Source: the human T2T-CHM13v2.0 reference genome, Homo sapiens
NCBI RefSeq assembly: GCF_009914755.1
Contig: NC_060945.1
Strand: one strand, 5' to 3'
DNA length: 64,000 nucleotides
The notes under the pieces are model-generated. The model did not search any database. It was not told the origin of the DNA and saw nothing but the letters and a program-made list of their open reading frames with translations. This document shows positions 27,891 through 41,505 of the stretch, piece by piece. The first letter of the stretch is position 1. The number at the start of each line of letters is the position of its first letter. Made by a program: the position numbers and the translations under genes.

Positions 27891-28981
27891 GATAGTAACA
27901 TAATAAGGATAACATTTTTGAAATACCTTCTGAAGTAATATTCTCCTCCTGGTAGCCACATTTATGCCCTGTGGCCCTTCAGCTATACTGCAATAGAGAA
28001 GGGAAGGATGAATACCCAGAAATGAAGAAGAATGAGCATGGAGAAACTCCTACCAGCTGGGAGAGGCAGTGGAAAGATCCCCTGGCTCCAGAAGATAAAG
28101 GGGAGGGTGAGAGCCAGAGAAAGGTAACTGCAGGAGTAAGACATGTGGGCTTTCTTGCTTCCTCCCTTTGGTTCAAATCCAAAGACCTGAGGGCATAGAA
28201 ATACTCATATAGGCTTTGGGGAATCCTAGACATGTCGTGGAAAAAATGGCAATTCTCTTAGAGAAGCTGTCTTTTGAGGGCTACTTTCAACAAGACACCA
28301 AGCAGTAGGTTAGAAAAAGCCAAGAAAGATGACCTTCAAAAAAGCTTCCCTGAGCTCTGTGCACTTCAGGTGAGAGTGAGATAAAGCAACTGAGAATTCC
28401 ACATGGAAGTAAGGAAGAGCTGAGTGAATCAGAGAACCTGGAGTCAGGACAAGAATACTGTGGCATATAGTGACCTTCACATAGTTCAACAGCAAGTGCC
28501 AGTATCATGCCCCAAGATCTAATGAACACAGCCATCTAGTCTCATTGTTGCCAGCTGCCCAGGGAAAAGAATACACAACACATGGCAACCATCTGAAGCA
28601 AAAACACTTGGGGAAGAGGACATATACCTACAGTCCCACCCCTCCCCTATAAACCTTAGGAATCCCCGTTCACTTAGATGCCAGCTTGGCAAGGAAGGGA
28701 AGTACACATCTGTTGACAGTAATGAAATATCCTTGATAAGGATTTAAATTTTGGATGTGCTGAATATTTCTTTACCCAACAAAAACACTTTTAATTTCTT
28801 TATTGAAAACAATAACAGAAAAAAGTTACTCATTATTGGCAAGTTTTAATATTTTCCCCCTATCTGTGGGAATGGGATCTTCTGATCAGCATGTCATTTT
28901 TTTAGAAATAGAAAAAGCATGTTTGTATTTTACATATCCAACTTACAGGATTTTAAAACTTCATCACAATTTATGTAATGA

Positions 28982-29383
28982 AGTATTAGTCAGGATAGTT
29001 TGGTTATGTTGCAGTAACAAATGCCCCCAAACCTTGTTCCCTTAAAACAACAAAAGTTAATTAATTTCTCACTCATGCTATGTGCATGAGAGTTGAGGGG
29101 CTACAATTCATCATAGTGACTTAGACAGAGATCTTGGTTGATGGAGTCTCACAAAGTTGCTGATAAATAACCATGACAGGAGAAAAAGAGAACATAGCAA
29201 GACTCACACTGGCTCTTAAACTTTTGCTTTGATGTGAGATGTATTCTTTCTGCTCAAATGTTACTTGCTAAAGCAAGTCACATGGTCATATCTAATATCA
29301 ACCGGGTGTAGAAGTACAATATTGCCATAAGCCCATGAGTAGGAACAGAAATCACTGGTGAACAGTGCTAATGGCTACCATCA
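28982..29383 (-). mobile_element. MLT1 (I/J-like) MaLR LTR
   Basis: gtattagtcaggatagtttggttatgttgcagtaacaaa; aaagcaagtcacatggtcatatctaa. Confidence 0.75.
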
Positions 29384-29740
29384 CTTGTAAACCCTTTGTC
29401 ACTTTATGGATTATTGTTTCAATGTGAAAATTTTATGACATAACTAGATATGAGAAATAGAAAAGATATCAGCGACTTCGATTTCAATGTAATTAATGTG
29501 TTGTTTATAATTTGTGCCTTTGTGTTCTTACATGCCTTAATACAGTGGCATCTATAGTAATCAGCGTTCAGTTGAATCGAGAGTGTTCATTCTATATCAA
29601 GAGCTGACAAACTTTTTGTGTAAAAGGTCAGATAATAAATATTTTAGGCTTTGTGGGCATATAGTCTCTGTTGTAGCTTGTCAATTCTGTTGTTTTAGTG
29701 CGAAAGCATGGATAGCTAATGTGCAAATGTATCAAAGTGA

Positions 29741-30129
<389 letters not shown>

Positions 30130-30161
30130 CTTTTCATTCTTTTCTAATCAGTTAAAAATGT

Positions 30162-30498
<337 letters not shown>

Positions 30499-31482
30499 CT
30501 AGCTTTGGCCTATGGGCCATAGTTTTAGATTATTTAAATAACAAGAAATTTTAAGTATTCAAAACCAACAAATTTATTGGAAGAAATGGAAGAACAGTTC
30601 TATTCTTAATACTCAGGAACAAATAGTAGCTCCCAGAAACACTCTGCCTTTGCCTTCAGCAGGTAAACAACCACCACAGATGCAGGAATCTGACAGATTA
30701 TGAATCTGCTGCTAATACTGCTGACTTCAGTCCCAGGCTACTCTGCCATGATCCAGAAATATGCCAAGTCTGCTCCAGGAAGCTGCTGAATCAGGAATCC
30801 ACCTACCACATTGGGCAGTCACTGCTAGCTGCCACCTCGGCCTTGATCCTCGCCAGCAAAATATATGCCTCAAACTTGGCTTTTTTCGTCTGTTTGATTC
30901 AGATTCTAAACATTCTTGCAGGAGTATGAAGGAACGTAAATCATGTTCTAGCCTCCAATGTGTCTGAGAAATGTAGTTTAACTTTCCAGCTGCTTCATGT
31001 TACCGGTAGGTTAGAATGGATGTTGTATAAAGCAATTTAGGGTATTGGACACAGCATAATAACGAAAAGACAGGTTCCATTAAGACAAATTCTTTGGTGT
31101 TTCCAAACCTTCCGTGAGCTATCAGGAAGAGAAAGTCCTCGTATAAGTGCCACAAAATGATATACAAATAAAAATAATTGTATGCATGCTTCCTTTCCAT
31201 CCATGCCACTACCCCAAAACAATTTTTTATTTTAACCCTCTGCCCTGTGAGCTTCCTACAGTGGCATAAAGATTTGCATAATCATGTTTATAACAGCACT
31301 GTTAGAAATAGCAACAAAAAGTGCTTGAGAAAGGGTAAAAATGTTAGTATATCCTGCTATGTAGCAATTAAAAGATATGGATGTAGATACTGACATGGAA
31401 AGAGATCTAAGACACATTTTAAACACAAGTTAAAGAGTAGCTTATGAAGTCTGATCTCACTTTTTAAAAGAAAGGTAATTTT

Positions 31483-31847
<365 letters not shown>

Positions 31848-32140
31848 CTATTTTATAGATGCATACAAAATACAAAGTTCTCTATAATCCTAATCTCCCA
31901 CAATAACTGCAGTTAATATTTTTCTGTATGTATGCATACTTTTTTCTGTAGATATAAAATCTTTAGGTCACACTTTTAAATGAATTTAGCTTTGTTTAAA
32001 AGTCACATTTTTATTTTTAGGAATAAGATCTTGTTATATCAGTGCCGTAGTACTCAAGGGTGTGTCGCACTCTGAATTTGTTTATTTTTCCTCTGAAAAA
32101 ATCACTGGGGGCCACTGATTTCTTCACAGGTATGGTTTCT

Positions 32141-32485
32141 TTTCTTTCCTTTCGTTTTTTTTTTTTTTTTTTTAATTATACTTTAAGTTCTAGGCTACAT
32201 GTGCACAACGTATAGGTTTGTTACATAGGTATACATGTGCCATGGTGGTTTGCTGCACCCATTAACTCATCATTTACATTATGTATTACTCCTAATGCTG
32301 TCCCTCCCCCAGGCCCCCAGCCCCCGACAGGCCCTGGTGTGTGATGTTCCCTGCCCTGTTTCCATGTGTTCTCATTGTTCAATTCCCACCTATGAGGGAG
32401 AACATGCAGTGTTTGGTTTTCTGTCCTTGTGATGGTTTGCTGAGAATGATGGTTTCCAGCTTTATCCATGTCCCTGCAAAGGACA
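32141..32485 (-). mobile_element. 5'-truncated L1PA (PA5-7-like) 3' end
   Basis: poly-T then ttatactttaagttctagg...; 16-bp TSD cacaggtatggtttct at 32125-32140 and 32484-32499. Confidence 0.95.
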
Positions 32486-32504
32486 CAGGTATGGTTTCTA
32501 TATA

Positions 32505-32863
32505 TGATATGGTTTGGCTCTGTGTCCCCACCCAAATCTCATCTTGTAGCTCCCATAATTCCCATGTGTTATGGGAGGGACCCATAGGAGATGATTGAAT
32601 CATGGTGGCAGGTCTTTCCCATGCTGTTCTCGTGATAGTGAACAGGTTTCACGAGATCTGATGGTTTTTAAGTTTCTCTACACAAGCTCTCACTTTGCCT
32701 GCTGCCATCCATGTAAGATGTGACTTGCTCCTCCTTTGCCTCCTGCCATAATTGTGAGGCCTCCCTAGCCATGTGGAACTGTAAATCCAATAAGCCTCTT
32801 TCTTTTGTCAATTGCCCAATCTCGGGTATGTCTTTATCAGCAGCATGAAAACGAACTAATACA
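32505..32863 (+). mobile_element. THE1B/C solo LTR
   Basis: tgatatggtttggctctgtgtccccacccaaatc...cagcatgaaaacgaactaataca. Confidence 0.93.
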
Positions 32864-33584
32864 ACATGCTAACATATACAACTAATTTGTTTAATAAATA
32901 TGGGTTCAGTTTTATACATCTTTAACTAGCATCTCATTTCAAAGTCTGTTGTTTTTCCATAAGTGCTATTTGCAGTGCAAATATGTCATTTAGTCAACCC
33001 AGGACAGGCAAGGTACTTGCAAGCATTAAACAAAAAACTGATATCATATCTCTGAGACATATTACATTGCATCATGCTCTCTTTCTGGAACATTTTTCTA
33101 AAATCACAAATTTTTAGGCATCTAGACCAAATACTTCATTTTTATATTGCTATACAAAGAGAATATAGGAGCTATTTCATCATATTTAATATTTTAATAA
33201 GAGCATCTCCAACATGGTTTCACACCATGCATGCATATAGGTCCACCATTGTTCTCCATGAAATATGCTATAAAACTTAAAATAAATTTATCAGTTATGC
33301 TACTACAACACATTCATTTTCTACTTGAGCAAAATATACATAGATGAATAAGCTGTTTCTAGAACTGACTGCGAAAACAAAAGATTCAATAGCAATGAAG
33401 TCTAGAGGTAATAAGGCATGTATAGTAATTAGTTGTAGTTAGACCTCACTGATTCTGAATAAGTAGAAGAAAAAAGAAATGGAAAATGGAAAAAGGGTAA
33501 CCCAGAGAATGAATTAAAGCATGGTTTTCAAACCACGGTCTTGGGACTCCTTTATACAATTACAAATTATTGAGAACTCCCAAG

Positions 33585-33771
33585 TAGGCTTGCTAGATAA
33601 AATATTGGATGACTAGGTAAATTTGAATTTCAAATAAACAGTGAATTAAAAACACAAGTATGTCCCAAGTATTACATGGGACTCATGTATACTAATAAGT
33701 ATTCATATTTATTTGAAATGTAAGTTTATTCTGTGTCTTGTATTTTTATTTGGTAAATCTGACAAATCTTA
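33585..33771. mobile_element. MER53 palindromic hAT MITE
   Basis: taggcttgctagataaaata...taaatttgaatttcaaataaaca...aagtatgtccca...tatttttatttggtaaatctgacaa. Confidence 0.8.
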
Positions 33772-34079
33772 TTTCATTTTTTATGCTAGATATATCTGTT
33801 AGTATTTTACATATTATAAATTAAAACAAAAAAAAATTTGTATTCATTGAGTTAAGATAACAATAGACCTATTACATAAGTAACAACTTCATGAAAAATA
33901 TTCATTTTTCCTAAAACAACAAACAAATTGGCATTGTACATTTTTGCCAATCTCTTTAATGTCTAGCTTAATAACAGACAGGTAGATTCTCCTACCTGCG
34001 TTTGCCCTGCGAGTACTGCATTATGTTGCTTTGGTAAAAGTACATGAAAAAAATATGGCCTCACAGATAAATACTTTAG

Positions 34080-34499
<420 letters not shown>

Positions 34500-34541
34500 A
34501 ATAACTAATAGTTCCTTAAAGGTTAGTTGCAATAAAACGTA

Positions 34542-34744
34542 TGAAATCATGGCAGTGAATTTTTCATACTTGGTCATACTAAAATCTGTTTGTCTGTCTT
34601 ATGCTTTGAATGATCTTTTATTCCTGCCTTATTTTTAAAACATCTGAAATCATGGCAGTGAGTTTTTCATACTTGCTAGTACTAAAATCTCTCTGTCTTA
34701 TGCTTTCAATGGATCTTTTATTCCTGCCTTAATTTTATAACATC
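34542..34744. repeat. ~100-bp tandem duplication inside Charlie1
   Basis: Two copies beginning tgaaatcatggcagtga and ending aacatc (34542-34644, 34645-34744). Confidence 0.9.
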
Positions 34745-36344
34745 ATGGACATTGGCCATTTGAAAAACAACTGGTTTATTGATTTATGTAGTTCTTTCAA
34801 TGATCTTTACACAGTATTGAAAAAATCACATTTGTTAATATCACCACTAATTTCATAAGAGGAGTCTGTTTAAGTATTAAGAAGATGTCAAGCTCGAGGA
34901 GGTGGATAGAAGTTTCCCAAAATACTAATTTCTGCTTGAAAGTTAAAATTTTATCATTGGCAATAAATCCTAACAATTGTTTTGCTTGAAGTAAATAACC
35001 GGCTCATTTTGATTATTTTTAAATAACATTTCTGCTAAATATGCAAGTCTCAATAACCATAGACATTTTCACAAGTAGAGATGGTGTTCCATAGCAAAAA
35101 AAAGTGGCTCATTCAGCTTGTAACACAAATGACATTTTCCTCATGAGAACTGTCATACACTGGCAAACATACTTTACATGTATTTCCCATGTAAGTACAT
35201 TTTCATCACACAAAATTTTTAAAGTGTATTCACAGGTAAAGGTTTAATGAAAATAATGCTTAATTAAAGAGATTCTTATGTGAAGTCAGCTTTTTAATTT
35301 TCTTTTCCCTATGAGGCTGCGGCAGTGAAGACTACAATGACTGCTGTTACAGTCCGGTGCCGCTACCTCCATTCATACGAAGGTAACAGCGTGATTGCTT
35401 TTCCACCGTCAGTTCCAATGTCAACACAGTAGAAAGACAAATGGCTTCATAATATTATTATGAAAACAGTGTTTAGTTTGTGGATCCTTGGGAAAGTCTT
35501 GGAAATCCCTCCAAGTCTGCAACTCCAGCGTGGAGAACTGCTACTTTAAAAATACAAAACAATTTTGTTGTTTTCAAAAACACTTTAAAGAGCAGGTAGA
35601 TAAAATAAAAAATATCAATATTTCTATGTATGTAATAACTAATGGACTAGATCTAAAAATGTTCTTAAATGTTTATCACCCAGCTGTTTTCTCCTTTTCA
35701 CAAGATTCCCTTATTTAGCACCTCTTTGGGTTGTGGTGTCACCTTCTCATTTGCTCTTCTCTTGCACATCAGTAACTCTGTCCATTGTCATCTATGTACA
35801 AAATGAAATCAACATACATGAGTGCAAGGAGAGCTCACAACTGCTTGGGTAGATCTTGGTTTGTTTAGGGTCTTGGTTTGTTTAAGGTTATACACAATTT
35901 AATGCTATTCGTGCCCCAATGCCATAGTGATACTGCTCTAGCCAACATTCCAGATTCATAAGGCTTATCATTACGATGTTTAAAGCTTAGGATGTAGTCT
36001 CATTGTCCGGATAAGGCTCAAATTCCTTAACAAAGTGTGCAGAGTGCCTCACACCTTGGTCCCAATCCAACCTTTCCTTTATTTTTCTTGTCAACAGTAC
36101 AAGGGCACGCACGCACACACACACAATTCAGCTCCACAACTTGCTATTCCCTAAACATACATTATGCTGCAAGTCCTCTGTCCCAAATGTGTTTCCTCCA
36201 AATTCTCATTTACTTGGCAAATTTCTCCCCAAACAGATCTTTCCTCATAACTCATCTTCTCAAGGAAATCTTCCATGAACATCTTACAAAAAATGTCACT
36301 CATTTCAACATTTCATTCTCTTCACCTCTGCTTTATTTTATTCC

Positions 36345-37633
36345 TTTTATTTTTAGTTGATACATAATAATTATACATGTTTTGGGGGAATACAGAGTGA
36401 TATCTTGATATGTGTGTACAGTATGCAATGATCAAATCAGGGTAATAAGCATATCCATCAATTCAAATATTTACCATTTCTTTGCATTGTGAACATTCAA
36501 AATCCTCTCTTCTAGATTTTCGAGAATATACAATAAATTATGGTTAACCATATTCACCCTACAAGGCTGCGGAACACCAGAACTCATTACTCACATCTAG
36601 ATGTAATTTTGTACCCATTAATTGTTTTCTCCTCGCCCTACCCTCTCCCCTCTTCTTTTCAGCCTCTAATACTCGCAATTCTATTTTCCACTTCTGTGGG
36701 CTCAAATTGTCTTTCATAGCTTCCACATATGAGTGAGAACATGTGGTATTTATCTTTCTGTGCCTATCTTATTTTGTTTAGATTAGTGCCCTCCAGACTC
36801 ACCCACATTGGCACTAATGATAGAATTGCATTCTTTTTTGTGGTTGAATAATATTCTATTGTGTATATATACCACAATTTCTTTATTCATTCATCTGTTG
36901 GTGGACATTTAATTCCATATTTTCCATATTTTAGCTATTGTGAATAGTGCTGCAATAAACATGTGGGTGCACGCATCCCTTTGATATACTTATTTCCTTT
37001 TCTTGGATAAGTAACCAGTAATGGGATTGCTGGATCATAAGGTAGGTCTGTTTTCGGCTTTTTGAGAAATCTCCACACTGTTTTCTATCATGGCTGTACA
37101 AAGTTAGATTCCCACTAATAATATATGAGTCCCAGCATTTGTTATTTCTTGTTTTTGTGATAATATCCACTCTGACTTGGGTGAAATGATATCTCATTTT
37201 GGTTTTGATTTGCTTTTCCCCAATGATTAGTGATGTTGAACTTTTTTTTTCATATATTTGTTGGCTAAGTGTATATCTTCTTTTGAGAAATGTCTATTGA
37301 GATTCTTTCCCCCCTTTAATCAGATTATGTATTTATTTTGCTGTTGAGATGTTTGAGTTTCTTGTATAATCTGGGTATTAGTTCTTTGTTGGATAAATAG
37401 TTTGCAAATATTTTCTACAGGTTGTCTCTTCACTCTGTCGATTGTTTCCTTTACTATGCAGAAGCTTTTCAGTTTAGTATAGCCCCATTTGTCTATTGTT
37501 ACTTGTGTTGCCTGTGCTTTTGATATCTTTGCCATAAAATATTTGCCTAGACCTGTGTTCTGAAGCATTTCTCTCGTGTTTTTGTCTAGTGGTTTTATAG
37601 TTCGAGGTCTTTAAGTTTTTAATTCATTTTTGT
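36345..37633 (-). mobile_element. L1MA (MA4/5-like) 3' portion inserted in an L2
   Basis: aatgatcaaatcagggtaataagcatatccatc; ccacatatgagtgagaacatgtggtattt; ORF2 3' remnants. Confidence 0.9.
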
Positions 37634-37832
37634 TTACAGTGATCTCTATTTTATCTTTTATTCTCACTTCTTATATATCATATATTATTTATCTTGATTA
37701 ATTTCTTGCCCACTAGAGGATATGTATTATGGGGGCAGAGATTTTTGCTTGCATTTTGCCCACAATGGTACCTTCTGTACTTACTGGTGTTTTCTTGGTA
37801 TTTGTAGGTACTCGGTAAATATTTGCTGAGTG

Positions 37833-38120
37833 GGCCAAGTGTGGTGGCACACACCTGTAATCTCAGCACTTAGAGAGGCTGAGGCAGGAAGATTGAGAGC
37901 CCAAGAGCTCTAGACCAGCATGGGCAACATAGTAAGACCTCGTCTCTACAAAAAATAATTTTTAAAAAATTATATGCTTGTGGTGGCACATATCTGTAGT
38001 CCCAGCTATTCAGGAGGCTGAGGTGGGAGGGTCCTTGAACCCAGGAGGTCAAAACTACAGTGAGTTGAGATTGTGCTACTGCACTCCAGCCCGGATGACA
38101 GAGCAAGACCTTGCCTCCAA
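37833..38120 (+). mobile_element. AluJ inserted in an L2 3' end
   Basis: gggcaacatagtaagacctcgtctctacaaaa; flanks atttgctgagtg / atttgttgaatg. Confidence 0.9.
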
Positions 38121-41100
38121 TATATTCATTTGTTGAATGAATAAAGGATGTCATATAGCACCTCTATTAGCTTCCTTCACCTCAGAAAGTCAAATTTAGG
38201 CACATTTTTCTTTCTTCTCTATTCCACACTACATACAGCAGTATACCATTTGCCACTTTTTTTTTAAATTTTAACTCTTAAAAAGTAGAATTTCTAGCAG
38301 ACTCCACACACTTTAACATATGTGATTTGTTTTATTCCTCCTCAGCTGTTGTTGCAGTGGCTGACACTAGGTAGGTATTTTATAAACATCTGTCGAAAAC
38401 TGAGTGAAATACTGTGAGGCAGTTAAAACCAAAAGTGTAGAATAATTTGGAGCTTGCACAAAATAAGATGCCTTATACAACTGGTTAAGTAAAATAATAA
38501 TATTGAATGGCCTTCTCAACATGGTGCAGAACTATTGTTCCCAGAAATAAATAGAATATGTAATGCCCCTTTCTAAGTTCCAACATGATTAATATTAAAC
38601 TAGGCTGCCATGAACCAAAATTTTTCCAGAGTTGCTCTCTTCCAACGTCTCCTGTAGTTTAGCCATCCTCCGTCTTACTACCTCCCTTACTACGCCCATG
38701 AGAGAAGATCGGATCTCAATCAGTTGTCCTTTTGCTTTATAGTGCTATTTTTATTCTTTAAACTTTAACTCATTTATAGAGTAGCTTTTTCTCCTTAAAG
38801 TAATTTCAGACACCAGCCACCAAGGGGGTATTTGTCAGATCTTCCCTTAACCAATGAAGTCATGCTATATGAATGCTGTTCTTGAGGGTGAGTCTGATTT
38901 ATTCAATTCATTAGTCATGAGAAAATGCTTATATCTTCTAATATCATGATCCACATTCTATTTAATAAATAGAATTGATAATTTTACCTAAAGGAGTTAC
39001 AAAAAAAAAAAAAAAAACATTAAATGTCCAGATATCTAGTTACTACAAGCCCTCCAGAATGTAGAGAAACTATTCTAGGAGTGAGAGGGAGCAGGAAAGG
39101 TCAGGGGACAGAAGGAGCAGCTGCATGAGCTGTTTGAGGACCCAGTGGGTTCTTGGAGTCTGAGAAAGGACTGGAGAGGTGAAAGGGTACTGGCAAGAGT
39201 CAGAGACCATCAGCCTGGGGCCAGAGAGGTCAGATCTCTGAACAACATGTGTCTGTGAGAGAGTGTCTACCTACAGTGACGACTGAACTAAATGGTTTCC
39301 TCTCCACCTTGATCCTGATTACAGAAGTAGAAGAACTAACTGTGGAAAGGAGGAAAGTGAAAATTTAAGGTTTGACTGTATGAAATTAATAGTCATTTAT
39401 GTAAATGCTGTGTAGTTTGTTGTTTTTTCATTTGACAATAACAATGTGCATATGATTAAATGTGCTTTGTTGACTATTGTAAGTTTTAATTTGATAAAAA
39501 TTGCTCATGCTTGCAGAGTCTGCTCTTAACAAACATCATGTTGTCTCTATAATTTTAAAGAATAGATGAATTGTCACAAAAATATTTCATACTTAGTCAT
39601 TTACTCCCAGATGAAAGTTGGATGCTTTATGGAAAATGTTACAGTAAAAGAGGGTATTTATGTTTCAGATAGTCTTTTTGTATTTTGTTTGCATTTAATG
39701 ATGCCTGTTAAAGTATTCCTGGGTGACCTTTATGATCTTGCTGTTCAGTTTTAGGTTTCAGTGATTGAAGTCCTTGAAAATATGTACCTAAGTCTATGCA
39801 ATTTTCAACACATCTTCTGTAGAGTCAAAATATGGCCTATAATATGACTTTTGTTATCCACTGCATAAATCTGAAATTGAAGGTAGGAGGTTTCAACTTT
39901 CAAAAATTTTTCATCTACCCTGGCTTCTGTAACTTTCATCATTGGAAATGTGTGGTATAAACTGTCAATTCCGCAGTCACTACTAAACTGGCATGGTTTG
40001 TAATAATACTATTTAAGGTGCTCATCAAGGGAGTAAATGTAGCCTGTTTTGAATTAGGAAATGTTAGAAAAGAAGGTGTTAACATTTTCAGAGATCAGCC
40101 TTCAACTTTGAAAATACTCTTGGCAAAATACTGACTGAGTTCATTGGTCCATTAAGCTGTATCTTTCTGTCTGAATCAGCTTTCCATTTGAATATTGACA
40201 AAAAGGATGACCTTGTGTTCTGACCTTTTAACCCCACGAAGCTAATCCTGCTTTTATTCCAAAAGGGAGGATGGGACAGTGGATGTCCTAATGCTCCCAT
40301 TGTATTCCAAATTTATAAACAGGTCCTTTGCCGTTTTAATAAAAATTATTAACACAATAACAACTTAGAATTCCACATGTCCTAATTTGCAGTTCCACCA
40401 TATTTAGCATGAAATGTTGTGCTGCACAATATGTTATTAAAATCAATTGTCATAGAAGTAAAAGATGCACATGAACATCATTGCCCATCAAATCAATAAG
40501 CAATAAAATGAAACGGGTATATAGGGCATTGCCCTTTACTGAATCAAACAAGCTGGATTTTCCCCCAACAGCCCTGTGAGACTATTGAACTCAGTCATAA
40601 ACTAATCAGGGATTTTACCAGTGGTTTCAGAATAAAAAGGAAAAATACTCTCCTTCATCCCTGACAACCTAACCTTTGGTGCTGATCAGTTGAAATAAGA
40701 CATAATGCTCAAGAAAAGATGTATCTGGAGGGTCATCTCATGTGGAGGCTGAAGGTCATTTCCAACAAAGCAATCAAATATCTAATAAAACCTCAAGATC
40801 ACATCTTTGGCATATAGGCAAGCAGAATAAACTAGATAAGAGTGAAAAAACTTAGAATCCTGTATCTGTGGTAAGAGATGGTTCTCTAAGCATCAATGTG
40901 GAGATTGGCAAATATTCATTAAACCTGACATTGCTTAATATAACTAATAAAAAATTAATACATTGAGATCACATCAATTTATGAAATGAGGAAAAACAGT
41001 TGTTTTTTTAACTCATCATTGAAAAAGTACACTTTTATAAAAATACTATGAACTTCTTTTAATATTTTGATTAATTTGAATTTCTGATTGGCCCCACAAA

Positions 41101-41505
41101 GATTAACTCTACTGTAATTTTAGAATAAACCAGTCTCTTTTTATTGGACAAGTCATCACCATTTATCGGAGAACATGAAAATAGGTAAAATGAATTTTAA
41201 TTTATTCAAGTCAGCATGAAAAATAAAATTAAAAATAAAAATAAATTTGCTTTCAAAAACGTCTTACATTGTTTTTAGGTTTGGGTATTGGTAAGTGCAA
41301 ATCTATTGTTCACATGTGTTGGCAATTTAAAGATCTGATTTAAAATAGTTTAGAAAAAATCAAAGAAAAACCCTGAATAAAAGATGGTTTAAAATATTTG
41401 TTTTATATATATACTCATATAAATAAACTCATTTTTTTCTTCATCAGTCACTGAATTTGTGAATCATATTACATAGACTGGCCTTAAAGTTGCAGACAAA
41501 CATAC

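Noticed and set aside
38595-38699. 34-aa minus-strand small ORF (MGVVREVVRRRMAKLQETLEES...) with a few CpGs
   Set aside because: Length expected by chance; no recognisable homology, promoter or splice context
38814-38831. CTCF-like gccaccaagggggta
   Set aside because: Mismatches at core positions of CCASYAGRKGGC
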